DNA from: a virus
Reading direction: 5' to 3' (one strand)
Virus record (IMG/VR): IMGVR_UViG_3300034025_000120
Coordinates: 1 to 64,000 of that record
Length of the DNA stretch: 64,000 bases
Shown: positions 54,788 through 64,000 of the stretch, piece after piece
Layout: the number at the start of each line of letters is the position of its first letter
How positions within the stretch are numbered: position 1 is the stretch's first letter
Notes under the pieces: generated by a model
What the model was told of the DNA's origin: nothing
The model's database searches: none
Seen by the model: the letters and a program-made list of their open reading frames with translations, nothing else
Program-made: the position numbers and the translations under genes

Positions 54788-56020
54788 TTGCACATGCGCC
54801 TTATTAACCCCAGCTTGGAAACGATCCAATTCCAAAGCACCCAGTTTCGTGACGAGCTGATTCTCGCCATGGAAGCCATCGATCAGCTGAGCCCATCCAA
54901 GGTACCGGACAGCGAAGAAGAGGAACGCGTCGGCCGCTTGATCAATGATTACACCCACCTCAACATCACCGTGACCTTTGGCCAACACCAGCCATCGATT
55001 CACGTGCCGGATGTGAACAAGAACAACGTCCTCATCCAGAATTACCTGCGCAATTACATCGACGGCGTCGACGGTATGGCCTTCTTGCACAAGAACGACG
55101 GCATCATGCGTGGTAGCGTCGACCTGGTGCGTGGCAAGGTGTATGGCGTGTTCGCGGAGTTCCCGGCTGTTCTGCGTATGCCACTGACCATGGTCGGGAG
55201 CAAATACACCGCCGGCCAGAAAGCCGCTATCGTGTTGCACGAAGTCGGTCACTTGCTCTACTTCTGCTACTTCATGGCGCACACTGCGAGCACCAACCAA
55301 GCCATGGCTTCGCTGTCGAAAGCCCTGGACAAATCCGGTAGCGTTGAAGAACGCGAAGTCATCATGCTCTCGGTCAAGCAAGCGCTGAAGCTGAAAGACC
55401 TCGATGAAAAGACGCTTGCCAAGTCGACTGACAAGCGCGTCATCGAAGCCGTGGTGGTGTCGGCGGTGGCCCGTGAATCGAAGAGCCAACTCGGCCGCAG
55501 CATTTACGATAGCACTAGCTGGGAATACATGGCCGACCAATACGCGGCCCGCAATGGTGCTGCCCGCGATCTGGTCTTGGCCTTGGACCAAATCTATAGC
55601 GGTGCCTGGAACATCTCGTTCCGTTCGCTGCCAGCCTTCCTCTTCATGGAAGTGGTGAAAATCTGCTCCCTGTTCATGTTGCCACCGCTGGCGGTCTTGA
55701 TGATCGCGATGGATGGCAATGACTCGCGTTACGACAAGCCGGGTGCCCGGATGCTGCGTATTCGCAGCCAGATCATCGAAAACCTGAAAGACCGCGACCT
55801 CGACAAAGAAGACGTTGTTCGACTGGAAGAAGACATCAAGGTGATCGACAACCTGCTGAAAGATGTCAACGACCGCCGCCAGTTCTTCAGCGTCCTCTGG
55901 GATACGCTGGTGCCGTCGGCCCGCAAAGACCTGAACTACACCACGCTGCAACAGGAACTCGAAGCCTTGGCCACGAATGACCTGTTCCTCAAAGCTGCCC
56001 AACTGCGCACCACCGCGTAA
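54788..56020 (+). CDS. putative Zn metallopeptidase (HExxH)
   Basis: AAIVLHEVGHLLYF. 410-aa GC3-rich ORF. Confidence 0.55.
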   Translation: MHMRLINPSLETIQFQSTQFRDELILAMEAIDQLSPSKVPDSEEEERVGRLINDYTHLNITVTFGQHQPSIHVPDVNKNNVLIQNYLRNYIDGVDGMAFLHKNDGIMRGSVDLVRGKVYGVFAEFPAVLRMPLTMVGSKYTAGQKAAIVLHEVGHLLYFCYFMAHTASTNQAMASLSKALDKSGSVEEREVIMLSVKQALKLKDLDEKTLAKSTDKRVIEAVVVSAVARESKSQLGRSIYDSTSWEYMADQYAARNGAARDLVLALDQIYSGAWNISFRSLPAFLFMEVVKICSLFMLPPLAVLMIAMDGNDSRYDKPGARMLRIRSQIIENLKDRDLDKEDVVRLEEDIKVIDNLLKDVNDRRQFFSVLWDTLVPSARKDLNYTTLQQELEALATNDLFLKAAQLRTTA

Positions 56021-56044
56021 ATACCTATCTCCTGAAAGATCACC

Positions 56045-56506
56045 ATGAAACAGTTCTACATGGACTTTGTCCAGCAAGCCCAATCCCAAGTCCCCGACGC
56101 CATGTTGCGTAGCCGGGTCGTCGCTGCTGCCGTGGCGGTGGCCATTTCGATGTCGCAGTCGCTGCCCAGTGGTGAAGTGTCCCACGCCGGTGAATACTTC
56201 ACCAACCAAGTCATGCCAGCGGCCCAGCGCATCATCTCGGAGTTCAACGAGAACCTGGTGTTCGATACCCACGCCGCCCTCATGTACACACGCCAACTCT
56301 GGCAACTGCGTTACTGGAGCGCGTTCCAGCAAATGCAATCGGTCAAGCTGGTGAACAACGATTTCTTCGGTTCGTTCACGGGCGTCAATGCCTTGATCGC
56401 CGATAACTTCCGCGTCTTCATGGGCGAGAACGCAGAAGTCGTAACGAACCTGTCGTACTTCGCGACCGACGCCATTGGTGCCCAGGCTGCCTCGGTCATC
56501 GGTTAA
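56045..56506 (+). CDS. hypothetical protein
   Basis: 153-aa GC3-rich ORF. Confidence 0.6.
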   Translation: MKQFYMDFVQQAQSQVPDAMLRSRVVAAAVAVAISMSQSLPSGEVSHAGEYFTNQVMPAAQRIISEFNENLVFDTHAALMYTRQLWQLRYWSAFQQMQSVKLVNNDFFGSFTGVNALIADNFRVFMGENAEVVTNLSYFATDAIGAQAASVIG

Positions 56507-56515
56507 GGAACTGTC

Positions 56516-57934
56516 ATGGCCGATAACTTAAATGCAGGGTCCGAACTGGACCATGAACTACCAGACGCGCCGGAAGCAGGTGCTGATCTGGCAGAGGATG
56601 ATACCCAGCTGGTAGCGATGGAAGCAGCCTTGGTCGACATCCTTGGCTTGGCTGATGAAATTCGCAGCACCGGTGGCATGTCGCGCGGCTTTGCCATGGA
56701 AGCCGAACGCATCATGCCCAATACGCTGTCGGCGTCGATCGCGTACTTCTCCGAGTCACCGACCGCGACCCGTTACCAGATTTCGCTGGAAGAGATCGAC
56801 AAGGGGGTCTGGGCCTTGATCATCGCCGGTGTCACGGTGGTGGTGGGTGCCATCTACAAAATCTGGAAGTGGCTCTCCGGTGACAAAGATGGTGACGGTA
56901 CTGGCACCACGGCAGTTTCGAATACTGAACGCAGGATCGAAGAAGTCACTGCGGCCGGTGATTCGACGGTGGAGCTGTCCGACAGCATGGCCGAAGCAGG
57001 CCGAGAAATCCGCGCCCATCCCATCCAGTTCCAAGGCAAAGATGGCACAGTGCGTTGGAACAGCATGGACCAACTGATCGACTCGGTGTTTGTGAACGGC
57101 GACCGGTACGGCGAAGAGAAGAAGTTCTTCCTGGAACCGAAACCAATTCACCGCGACATCGTCGAGCAAGGTCCGTACACCAAGATGGTGCACCAGTTGG
57201 CCAAGGCCCATGTCTTTAACCGGGCCGCAGAACTCATCCTGGCCAAGATCAAGCTGCTCGAAGAAATCGAACACCGCGACCGCAATGCCCAAGGCACCAT
57301 TATCGCGGGCTTGCAAAAGCAGATGGACGACATCGCCAAACCGATCATGCTGAAGTTTGAAGGCAAAGAGATGACGCTCGGTCAACTCGCCGGTCGTTTG
57401 CGGGAAGCCCGTGAAGCAGCGGAAGCTACGAAGAACACCCATCGCCTGCATTACGATGAAATGTTTACCAAGCTTAGCCAGTCGTACAAGAACAAAGACT
57501 TGGTCGAACTCTTGAAACAGATGCTGGGCTACCTGCCGGTGCTGGACGAGATGCGCCAAGGCTTGGAACGCACCGAGCACTTTGTCGGCGACTTGACCCA
57601 AGACGGTCAGCCTGGTGGTAACTCGCCCCAAGTCGCCCAGCGCATCCGGGTCTTGATCGGCGCCATGCATGAACAGTTGACGGGCTTTGCCAGTCTCGCC
57701 AACGAAATCGATCACTACGTGCACCATTTCAAGAGCCTGTCGAAAACCACGACAGGCTTCGGTAAGGAAATCGTACGCAAGGTATCGAGTCACATGCGTT
57801 TGGCAGAAGTCGAAGAGATTCCTGTCGAGTGGAAGAAAGTCGTGGCCGGGATTGAAGCCGCGCTCGATGCCATGGAAAAGAGCCACTTCCCCAGTGGTAT
57901 CCAAGGCCGCACCATCCGTGGTCTCATGAGTTAA
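56516..57934 (+). CDS. hypothetical protein with one predicted TM helix and coiled-coil-like regions
   Basis: 472-aa ORF with hydrophobic segment VWALIIAGVTVVVGAIYKIW. Confidence 0.65.
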   Translation: MADNLNAGSELDHELPDAPEAGADLAEDDTQLVAMEAALVDILGLADEIRSTGGMSRGFAMEAERIMPNTLSASIAYFSESPTATRYQISLEEIDKGVWALIIAGVTVVVGAIYKIWKWLSGDKDGDGTGTTAVSNTERRIEEVTAAGDSTVELSDSMAEAGREIRAHPIQFQGKDGTVRWNSMDQLIDSVFVNGDRYGEEKKFFLEPKPIHRDIVEQGPYTKMVHQLAKAHVFNRAAELILAKIKLLEEIEHRDRNAQGTIIAGLQKQMDDIAKPIMLKFEGKEMTLGQLAGRLREAREAAEATKNTHRLHYDEMFTKLSQSYKNKDLVELLKQMLGYLPVLDEMRQGLERTEHFVGDLTQDGQPGGNSPQVAQRIRVLIGAMHEQLTGFASLANEIDHYVHHFKSLSKTTTGFGKEIVRKVSSHMRLAEVEEIPVEWKKVVAGIEAALDAMEKSHFPSGIQGRTIRGLMS

Positions 57935-57941
57935 GACCTCA

Positions 57942-57987
57942 CGGCATAAAGCCCCTAGCCTTGAGATTGGCTAGGGGCTTTATGCCG
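57942..57987. terminator. perfect 19-bp palindromic terminator containing CGGCATAAA/TTTATGCCG
   Basis: CGGCATAAAGCCCCTAGCC-TTGAGATT-GGCTAGGGGCTTTATGCCG, between convergent genes. Confidence 0.75.
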
Positions 57988-57993
57988 CATTCC

Positions 57994-60903
57994 TTAATTC
58001 ACACTCATGCGTTCAAACTCAACTGACACTGCTTCTTGGGTCACCAAAGACCCATCGGGCAAGGCCACCAGTCGTTTGCGCAAGCTGCACCGATTCGCTT
58101 CATTCAAAATCTTAAAGCTTGACAGATTGGCTGCACCTCCCAAACCACTGTGGCGGTGACTCAAGACTTCATTGCCATACTGCGCATCGAGGGCCTTGGT
58201 GATCGCACTGTCGGAGATGGAGGACGAAGCCATCAATTCGCTCATGGTCTTGATGGTGGTGGTTTCCAATTGCTTGCGCAACGCCTCGTCGCGGTACACT
58301 GTATCCGAGACTTGGAGAAACACCACAAACGACTGCGCCGCTTCAATACTGCGCGTGACATTGTCCCCGACCAAGACGTCGATCATCCCCATCGTGGTTT
58401 TTGGGTAGAAGTAGATACGGGTCTTATCGAGTACCTTCTTCGACACTTCCGCCAATTCATCCACCAGCCAACCGACTACCTTCTTGGTCAGCTCCTTGCG
58501 GTAGTTGACGGTTGAAAGGTCGTCTGCAAACCAGTACGTGCCATCGATCAAGAACACATCGATCATTCGGCGTACACTGCGGCTACCGGACACGACGGGC
58601 TTGCCGTCAGCATCTAACACAATGTCGCCCTTGCGGTGCCGGTACACAGGTGCACCTTGGCCATCCACCACGGGCGTTCCACGGGCATGGAGAAGTTCCA
58701 GTACCACTTGCCCTTGTTCGTCAAACGAAATGGGCGAACCTGTCTCATCGAGTTTGTAAACATCGTTCTCGTAGTACATGGGCACATCGACGATGTGCTT
58801 CTGGTACGGTTCGCCTGTGGCATAACTGCGGCTCTTGGTCCACAGCGTTTTCAAGGCATCGCCGAACTTGATCTTGATCGACTCTTGTGTTACCCCGGCA
58901 ATCGACAGGGGGAGGTAAGCACGGCCCAAGGCTGCATCGATCGTGTTGGCTTTCCACTGGGTTTGCATCGGGCTTGCAACGGAGTACAGCAAATCAAAAC
59001 TGTTGGTCAAGTCCGTGTGGGTAATGCGTGGCTCATTGTTGTACATCAAGAAGCGCTTGAGTTGCAGCAGGTTCTTGCTGGTCACGTTGAAATTCGTACC
59101 GAGGTCGAAACTATAGATACGTTCGCCATTTTCATCCAGACCCTCGAAACTTCCGGCCAAATAGGCCCGGTCTTTTTCGCCCGCTGGAATATACGCCAAC
59201 TGGACAAACACATCCTCATTCGCCAGTTGGCGGAATGCTTCAGACGAGGTGGTCACGATTTGGAGCGTATAGCCTTCGGCGGTTCGGAAGATACCATACT
59301 TGGCAGTTGAGACTTGGAGCAAGGTGGTCGCGTTTTCACCGACAAAGGTTTTACTCACCGCTACTGGGGCGTCCAGATGGTAAGCCCGCAAGTCGAACTC
59401 ATCGCCACTGGTGTCGAGCACATAGTGGAAGGGAGTGTAACGCCAATTGTTGCCACTGACCGACAGAGCCCGCTTTTCAGGTGCCATCGCCAAGACAGCA
59501 GCGAGTTCTCCGGTCGAGACGGCACTCGTAATGCCATTGTCTTGGCGGTAGAGTGTTTCTGGCGTGATCGTGACTGAGCTGCCGTTGTTGATGACGCTGT
59601 CGAGGAGCACGATCTTGTCGAGATCAATTGCTACCGTTTCGATGCCCGACGCTGCGGCTGTTAAGAGCCTTTCATCGGTCGGGGTCGGCATGGCCTTGGT
59701 AGCCAAGAACACCCGCTCAGTGATGTTGTCGACTTCCAATACCACGCCATACCCGCTTTGCTCTAACTTGGTTTCAATCTGGACTTGCGAGATTGGGTAT
59801 TCGATCGCACCACCAGCTGAATTACGCATGACCCGTTCACGCAAGGTGGTAAAGGGCAAGGCACCACTACCGCCCCGCGACGTACCGCTGAGGAAAGGAA
59901 TCAGTTGCTGGAAGTTGGCCATGGGCGCGGTAAAGACCGTGTCATCGCTTTTGTTGTAGTTCATCCAGGTGATGCCGAACTGGTCCGCCAGATAGTCCGA
60001 CACATCCAGATTGAGTTCACCCACCGTTTGGTACAGATCGACCCGGACCTTTTTGCTGGCCAAAATGGTGTTGGTGTACACTTGCGGGATTTTGGTGTTG
60101 AGCACATTACCCTTGACGGACAGCACGGCTGTCACCACAGTGGGGTCGTACACCTGGTCGGTATAGGTGGTGCGGATTTCTTGCCAACCCGTGGCGGCTT
60201 CAACGTACACCCGTGCGTAGTAGTATTGCTGGGTAAACGGGATGTTGAGCGAAAACTCTTTGCCCCGCATCACGTCGTCTTGTTTGGTCTCGATGCTAAA
60301 TTGGTCCACATCGAATTCCAAGCGTACATAACGCTGGCCACCGCTGTCTTGCACAAGTTCGGTATCGACCAAGTTACTCGACAGTGTCAAGAGCGGCGAG
60401 GGTTGGCTCACATCGTACACCACCCGCAAGCCTTCGTGTTGCAGTTGGCTAATGACGATGGGGTATTGCAGCGAGAAGATGTAGCCTGATACCGTGAAGA
60501 AAGTGTTGCGTGGAATCACCACCTTGCGGCTCTTGGTAGCGGGGTCTTCCACCATGCGGTTTAAGAGTTCGTCTTCTGCAATCAAGAGCCCCGCCCGAAT
60601 CTTGCTCGGAGTGGCAAAACGCCCGATGTAATCGTCGTCCGACATGTGTAGGTAGAGTTCCCCTTCCGTCTGCGCCATTTGGCTGTAGAGACGCCGCATA
60701 TCGCTTTCAGAGCGATCCATGAAGGCAGAGAAGGAACAGGCCACCGATTCCATGCATAGCACAACGGGATTGGTAGGGTCGACCAGTGGAATCTGTCCAT
60801 TTTTCGCATCGCGTGCCATGGCAATGATTTCTCGCTGCACCCGCGACGGGTCGTATTGGTATAGTTGAAGATTGGCAACAACCGTATCCCGGCTTGTACT
60901 CAT
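57994..60903 (-). CDS. hypothetical 969-aa protein (possibly virion-associated, no motif support)
   Basis: Long uninterrupted ORF overlapping the upstream gene by 4 nt. Confidence 0.7.
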   Translation of the reverse strand: MSTSRDTVVANLQLYQYDPSRVQREIIAMARDAKNGQIPLVDPTNPVVLCMESVACSFSAFMDRSESDMRRLYSQMAQTEGELYLHMSDDDYIGRFATPSKIRAGLLIAEDELLNRMVEDPATKSRKVVIPRNTFFTVSGYIFSLQYPIVISQLQHEGLRVVYDVSQPSPLLTLSSNLVDTELVQDSGGQRYVRLEFDVDQFSIETKQDDVMRGKEFSLNIPFTQQYYYARVYVEAATGWQEIRTTYTDQVYDPTVVTAVLSVKGNVLNTKIPQVYTNTILASKKVRVDLYQTVGELNLDVSDYLADQFGITWMNYNKSDDTVFTAPMANFQQLIPFLSGTSRGGSGALPFTTLRERVMRNSAGGAIEYPISQVQIETKLEQSGYGVVLEVDNITERVFLATKAMPTPTDERLLTAAASGIETVAIDLDKIVLLDSVINNGSSVTITPETLYRQDNGITSAVSTGELAAVLAMAPEKRALSVSGNNWRYTPFHYVLDTSGDEFDLRAYHLDAPVAVSKTFVGENATTLLQVSTAKYGIFRTAEGYTLQIVTTSSEAFRQLANEDVFVQLAYIPAGEKDRAYLAGSFEGLDENGERIYSFDLGTNFNVTSKNLLQLKRFLMYNNEPRITHTDLTNSFDLLYSVASPMQTQWKANTIDAALGRAYLPLSIAGVTQESIKIKFGDALKTLWTKSRSYATGEPYQKHIVDVPMYYENDVYKLDETGSPISFDEQGQVVLELLHARGTPVVDGQGAPVYRHRKGDIVLDADGKPVVSGSRSVRRMIDVFLIDGTYWFADDLSTVNYRKELTKKVVGWLVDELAEVSKKVLDKTRIYFYPKTTMGMIDVLVGDNVTRSIEAAQSFVVFLQVSDTVYRDEALRKQLETTTIKTMSELMASSSISDSAITKALDAQYGNEVLSHRHSGLGGAANLSSFKILNEANRCSLRKRLVALPDGSLVTQEAVSVEFERMSVN

Positions 60904-61988
60904 GTAGCTCTCCGTTTCTTTTGGTCTAGATACACACCCAGACGCTGCTGATAAATGTCATTTGGCACCCACCACTCCAAATCGGACGTGTCGGGGTTGA
61001 TATACGGATATCCGCGGTTATTAAAAATCTCCAAGAACTCCATGTCGACCTTGGTGTACATCTTGCTGCGATACGCATTCTTCATGGTGTCGTTGAAGAG
61101 TTGTACCGTGCGGTTAAATTCGCTATACAAAATGGTGTCTTCGTACATGGCGCCAATGGCACGGAAGTTCACCGAGATAGTGTCAAACGCATTGTTTAAG
61201 GGCCGGTCCGCAGCGAAGTTAAACTTCGCACCCATCGGGGCTGACAGCGGCATGGCCGCGCCACAGGCGGAGATGCCTTGGACCTTAGTTTTGGTGACAT
61301 CGAGCACCAGCCGGTAGATGCGGGTTTGGTAATCGATTTCGTTTTCAATGATCTGTTCGAAGTACGGAACCAAGATGCCTTGGTAGATCAAGGACATGTA
61401 GTGAATCCACGTAAAGAACAATAGTGTGATTGGGCTACCAGGCATGTTCCGAAAATCGGCTGTAATATCGTATGCCGAATAATCCTGCGCAACACTGTCG
61501 ACCATCGCCCAGGTCTGTTTATATGCGCCTTCTTGGGCAGTGAAGGTATCCACCCGCAAGTCGGGCCACCCATTCATCGACACCAGGTGGTTGGTCAAGA
61601 GCGGAATAAAAGCCTGCTGGTTATCGATAAACGGACACCGAATTCCACGCTTGACCAGTTCGCGATCGAATGAACAGCGGATCGCCCGCTGGATCGAGGC
61701 TTCTTGCGTGGTTAAGAGCGGGGTCAGTTGGCGGCTGTTGTTCAGGTTTTCCGTGGTCAAGTTAAACCGTGGTCGCGTAAAGAACGTCAAGCCGTAGGAA
61801 TCTTTGTTAATTGGTACCACTGTCGCTGTTTGGCGGTGGTTAAACCCGTGAAAGCTATTGCCGATCGCAGAATCGATTTCACCCAGACTGGTCGATTGAA
61901 AGACCTGATTGATTGCTTCTGGAATGGAAGGATAATTAATCTTCTGGATGATCTCGGCGATATCAAAATTTTTAGCAGTATCGGCCAT
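60900..61988 (-). CDS. hypothetical 362-aa protein
   Basis: Uninterrupted ORF, translationally coupled to the downstream 969-aa gene. Confidence 0.7.
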   Translation of the reverse strand: MADTAKNFDIAEIIQKINYPSIPEAINQVFQSTSLGEIDSAIGNSFHGFNHRQTATVVPINKDSYGLTFFTRPRFNLTTENLNNSRQLTPLLTTQEASIQRAIRCSFDRELVKRGIRCPFIDNQQAFIPLLTNHLVSMNGWPDLRVDTFTAQEGAYKQTWAMVDSVAQDYSAYDITADFRNMPGSPITLLFFTWIHYMSLIYQGILVPYFEQIIENEIDYQTRIYRLVLDVTKTKVQGISACGAAMPLSAPMGAKFNFAADRPLNNAFDTISVNFRAIGAMYEDTILYSEFNRTVQLFNDTMKNAYRSKMYTKVDMEFLEIFNNRGYPYINPDTSDLEWWVPNDIYQQRLGVYLDQKKRRAT

Positions 61989-62021
61989 TTAAAACCCCAT
62001 GTAGAAAAAAGGAAGTGAACC

Positions 62022-63104
62022 ATGTCAGACTCTCCAACCACGCTTGCGCTTGTGCGTAAGATTCAGGACCTGTGGCGTGCCAGTGCGTCCGACTCGCTCA
62101 TCGACTACACGCAAGAATCGCGCGTGGAACCGATTGTGCTGATTGGTACCGATGTGCTGTACAACGACATGCTGCCTGACGTCATGCAAACCAACCTCGC
62201 GTTGATCTCGGCCCTGTACCTGCAAGGCATCGCGATCTCGTGCACCGTCGGCAACATCGAAGTGGCACGCACGCTGTCGAAGCTCAATCCAAAGCGCAGC
62301 GCTTCGGCCGCAGCCGCCGATTCGCTCGGCTGGATCATGGCCCATGAAAACTACGAACACCGGCTCCCGACGATGCAGGCCAAGATGGCCCTCGAAGCGA
62401 TCCGCGACCGCACCGAAGAAGGCGAAACCTTCACCGTGGCCCGCGATACCAACCGCGAGCTGAAAGAGCTGGCGAACCTGGCGGTGGGGAAAATGCTGAT
62501 GGTGGAAATCAGCGATGGTTGCCATAAAGCGACCATTCCAGTCTCGGTCCGTCTGCAAGCATCGAGCCTGCCAACTGAGCGACTGGCTCATATCTTAACG
62601 AGCGGTACGCAGGACATCTCGATCAAAGAGCGCTGGAAACAAGTGACTTCCGGTGAGATCGAAATGATCAACGACTTCATCCTGAACAACGATCTGGTCG
62701 AAGAGCACCGCAAGAACCTGAAGGCCGACACCGCCGGCCTCTACAGCGAAATCCTGAAACGCCGCCGCACGAACGGGCTGGCAGCCATCGTCTCGGGCAA
62801 TCCATCGGTCGCTACTGCGTCGAACGTCGCTATCATTTCGCGCGAAACCGCGAACCAGATGGAAATCCTGGCCAACGGTAAGCTGTCAAACCCGAAAGTG
62901 CGTGAGCGTATCTTCGAGAAGACCAGCCTCATGCTGATCAACGTCCTCGATGCGGCCGATTCGCGTGTCACCATCTACTCGCGCGGCATCGCCATGCCCA
63001 CCGAATACGGTGCCCGTGACCTGCGCGGCGCGACTGCTGGAAGTGGTCCAAACGTCAGCGATGTGCTCAAGGCGTATCAGTTGGGGCACAGTCCTAGCTT
63101 GTAA
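62022..63104 (+). CDS. hypothetical 360-aa protein (highly biased codon use)
   Basis: AAGGAAG RBS and GC3-rich codon use with antisense shadow ORFs. Confidence 0.7.
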   Translation: MSDSPTTLALVRKIQDLWRASASDSLIDYTQESRVEPIVLIGTDVLYNDMLPDVMQTNLALISALYLQGIAISCTVGNIEVARTLSKLNPKRSASAAAADSLGWIMAHENYEHRLPTMQAKMALEAIRDRTEEGETFTVARDTNRELKELANLAVGKMLMVEISDGCHKATIPVSVRLQASSLPTERLAHILTSGTQDISIKERWKQVTSGEIEMINDFILNNDLVEEHRKNLKADTAGLYSEILKRRRTNGLAAIVSGNPSVATASNVAIISRETANQMEILANGKLSNPKVRERIFEKTSLMLINVLDAADSRVTIYSRGIAMPTEYGARDLRGATAGSGPNVSDVLKAYQLGHSPSL

Positions 63105-63221
63105 GATCGCGTTCGGATTTAAGTAAATCTCCGTCTTATCAACTAGGAACGCCACCAAGCGTTAAGTTCGAATTACACACCGTGCCTTTACCGGCACGGT
63201 CTTACCTAGGTATAAACCACC

Positions 63222-64000
63222 ATGAAATTCTCCGAATTCGTTTCCGGGCTGTTGCCCAACTTCGATAAGGGCCGGGTGATCGAAGACATTCGTCTGCGCC
63301 GTGCAGAACTGAAAGAAACCACGATCCCGGTCTACGACGCCGCTGCCCCCTTCCTGTCGAAGTGGTCGGTCAAGTCGGACAAGATGAAAGAACTGCAAGT
63401 CTCGTTCCAGCGCATCACGCGCTCGCGCGACAACATGTTCGTCCACATCCACAAAGCGCTGCCGAATATCCTGAAGAACCTCGATGAAGTCGAAGCGCTA
63501 GTCGAAAAGTCGTACGGTGAAGACGTCGCCGCGCCGGGCCTGTCGTACCTGAAAGCCAACCTGCTGCAATTCGTTGTCTGCACGGGCTTTGTGGCCCGCT
63601 ACGCACGCAAGCTGGTCGCCTACGTCTACATCTACGAAACGGGTGAATACGAAGACGGCGGTACCAATGTCAACGACAGCCTGACCCCGTATGAGCGTCA
63701 GTACGTGGAAGCGAACTTCGCCAACTTTTGTTTGGCCTTGCAAGCCATCTCCGGTAACCCAGCCAATGTCAAGCACACCCTGAACGACGTGCCCGACATC
63801 ATCGTCAAGGCCGACAACGAACAGTCGCTCGGCCAGACCATGGGTGAAGACAAGCTCGACCCGCTCGGCATGCGCTTCGTCACCGGCGTTTGGTCGCCGA
63901 TTTACCAGATTCGCATGATGGTCGCCGAATGGCAGAATGCCCGCCACAAGGAAGCCCGCGAAGAACTCGGCCTGCTCCAGCTGCGTAAGCTGAACATGGA
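63222..64000 (+). CDS. hypothetical protein, 5' partial in window (runs off the end)
   Basis: ATG at 63222 (MKFSEFVSGLLPNFDKGRV...). The frame is open to the window end and GC3-rich. It is absent from the ORF track because no stop is present. Confidence 0.65.
   Translation, partial: MKFSEFVSGLLPNFDKGRVIEDIRLRRAELKETTIPVYDAAAPFLSKWSVKSDKMKELQVSFQRITRSRDNMFVHIHKALPNILKNLDEVEALVEKSYGEDVAAPGLSYLKANLLQFVVCTGFVARYARKLVAYVYIYETGEYEDGGTNVNDSLTPYERQYVEANFANFCLALQAISGNPANVKHTLNDVPDIIVKADNEQSLGQTMGEDKLDPLGMRFVTGVWSPIYQIRMMVAEWQNARHKEAREELGLLQLRKLNM

Noticed and set aside
63105-63221. GTTCGAATT and nearby hairpins that suggest a tRNA T-arm. A similar GGTCGATCCC occurs at 12246.
   Set aside because: No cloverleaf can be drawn. 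There is no acceptor stem and no D or anticodon arm with correct spacing. The hairpins are more consistent with terminator or intergenic structure.

Overview
This window reads as a contiguous, densely packed piece of a nucleus-forming jumbo phage genome (phiKZ-like / Chimalliviridae-type). No rRNA, tRNA or CRISPR array was found. The main evidence is as follows. (1) There is a PhuZ-type tubulin at 6919-7932. (2) A strongly codon-biased 652-aa protein at 18059-20017 sits directly upstream of an RNA polymerase beta-prime N-terminal subunit gene. This is the position of the nuclear-shell protein (chimallin) in phiKZ. (3) Several split multisubunit-RNAP genes are present: beta-prime-N at 20112-23035, beta C-terminal half at 32868-36331, beta-prime-C at 36378-38489, and a second beta-prime-like fragment at 48123-49436. 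(4) A family-B DNA polymerase is split into two polypeptides about 40 kb apart on opposite strands (52807-54651 minus, 12608-14782 plus). (5) The replication/repair set also includes an Mre11/SbcD-like nuclease, an SF2 helicase, and an SSB-like protein ending in DDDIPF. The most striking features are two related group I introns, each carrying an HNH homing endonuclease. They interrupt RNAP genes exactly inside universally conserved active-site motifs: NADFDG|D in beta-prime and HGG|KG in beta. A third paralogous HNH gene stands free directly after a beta-prime paralog that stops inside its trigger-loop-like motif. Other notable items are a TARG1/DarG-like macrodomain, an HslV/proteasome-like Ntn hydrolase, and a peptidoglycan-binding muramidase endolysin. 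There are also three tandem arrays of small paralogous genes and a roughly 690-nt ORF-poor structured region after phuZ. Two recurrent intergenic motifs were seen: CACATAT(T/A)ACC upstream of genes, and CGGCATAAA/TTTATGCCG flanking terminator hairpins. Many long ORFs antisense to GC3-rich genes are shadow ORFs and were not called. All functional calls rest on motif recognition by eye, and no searches were run.
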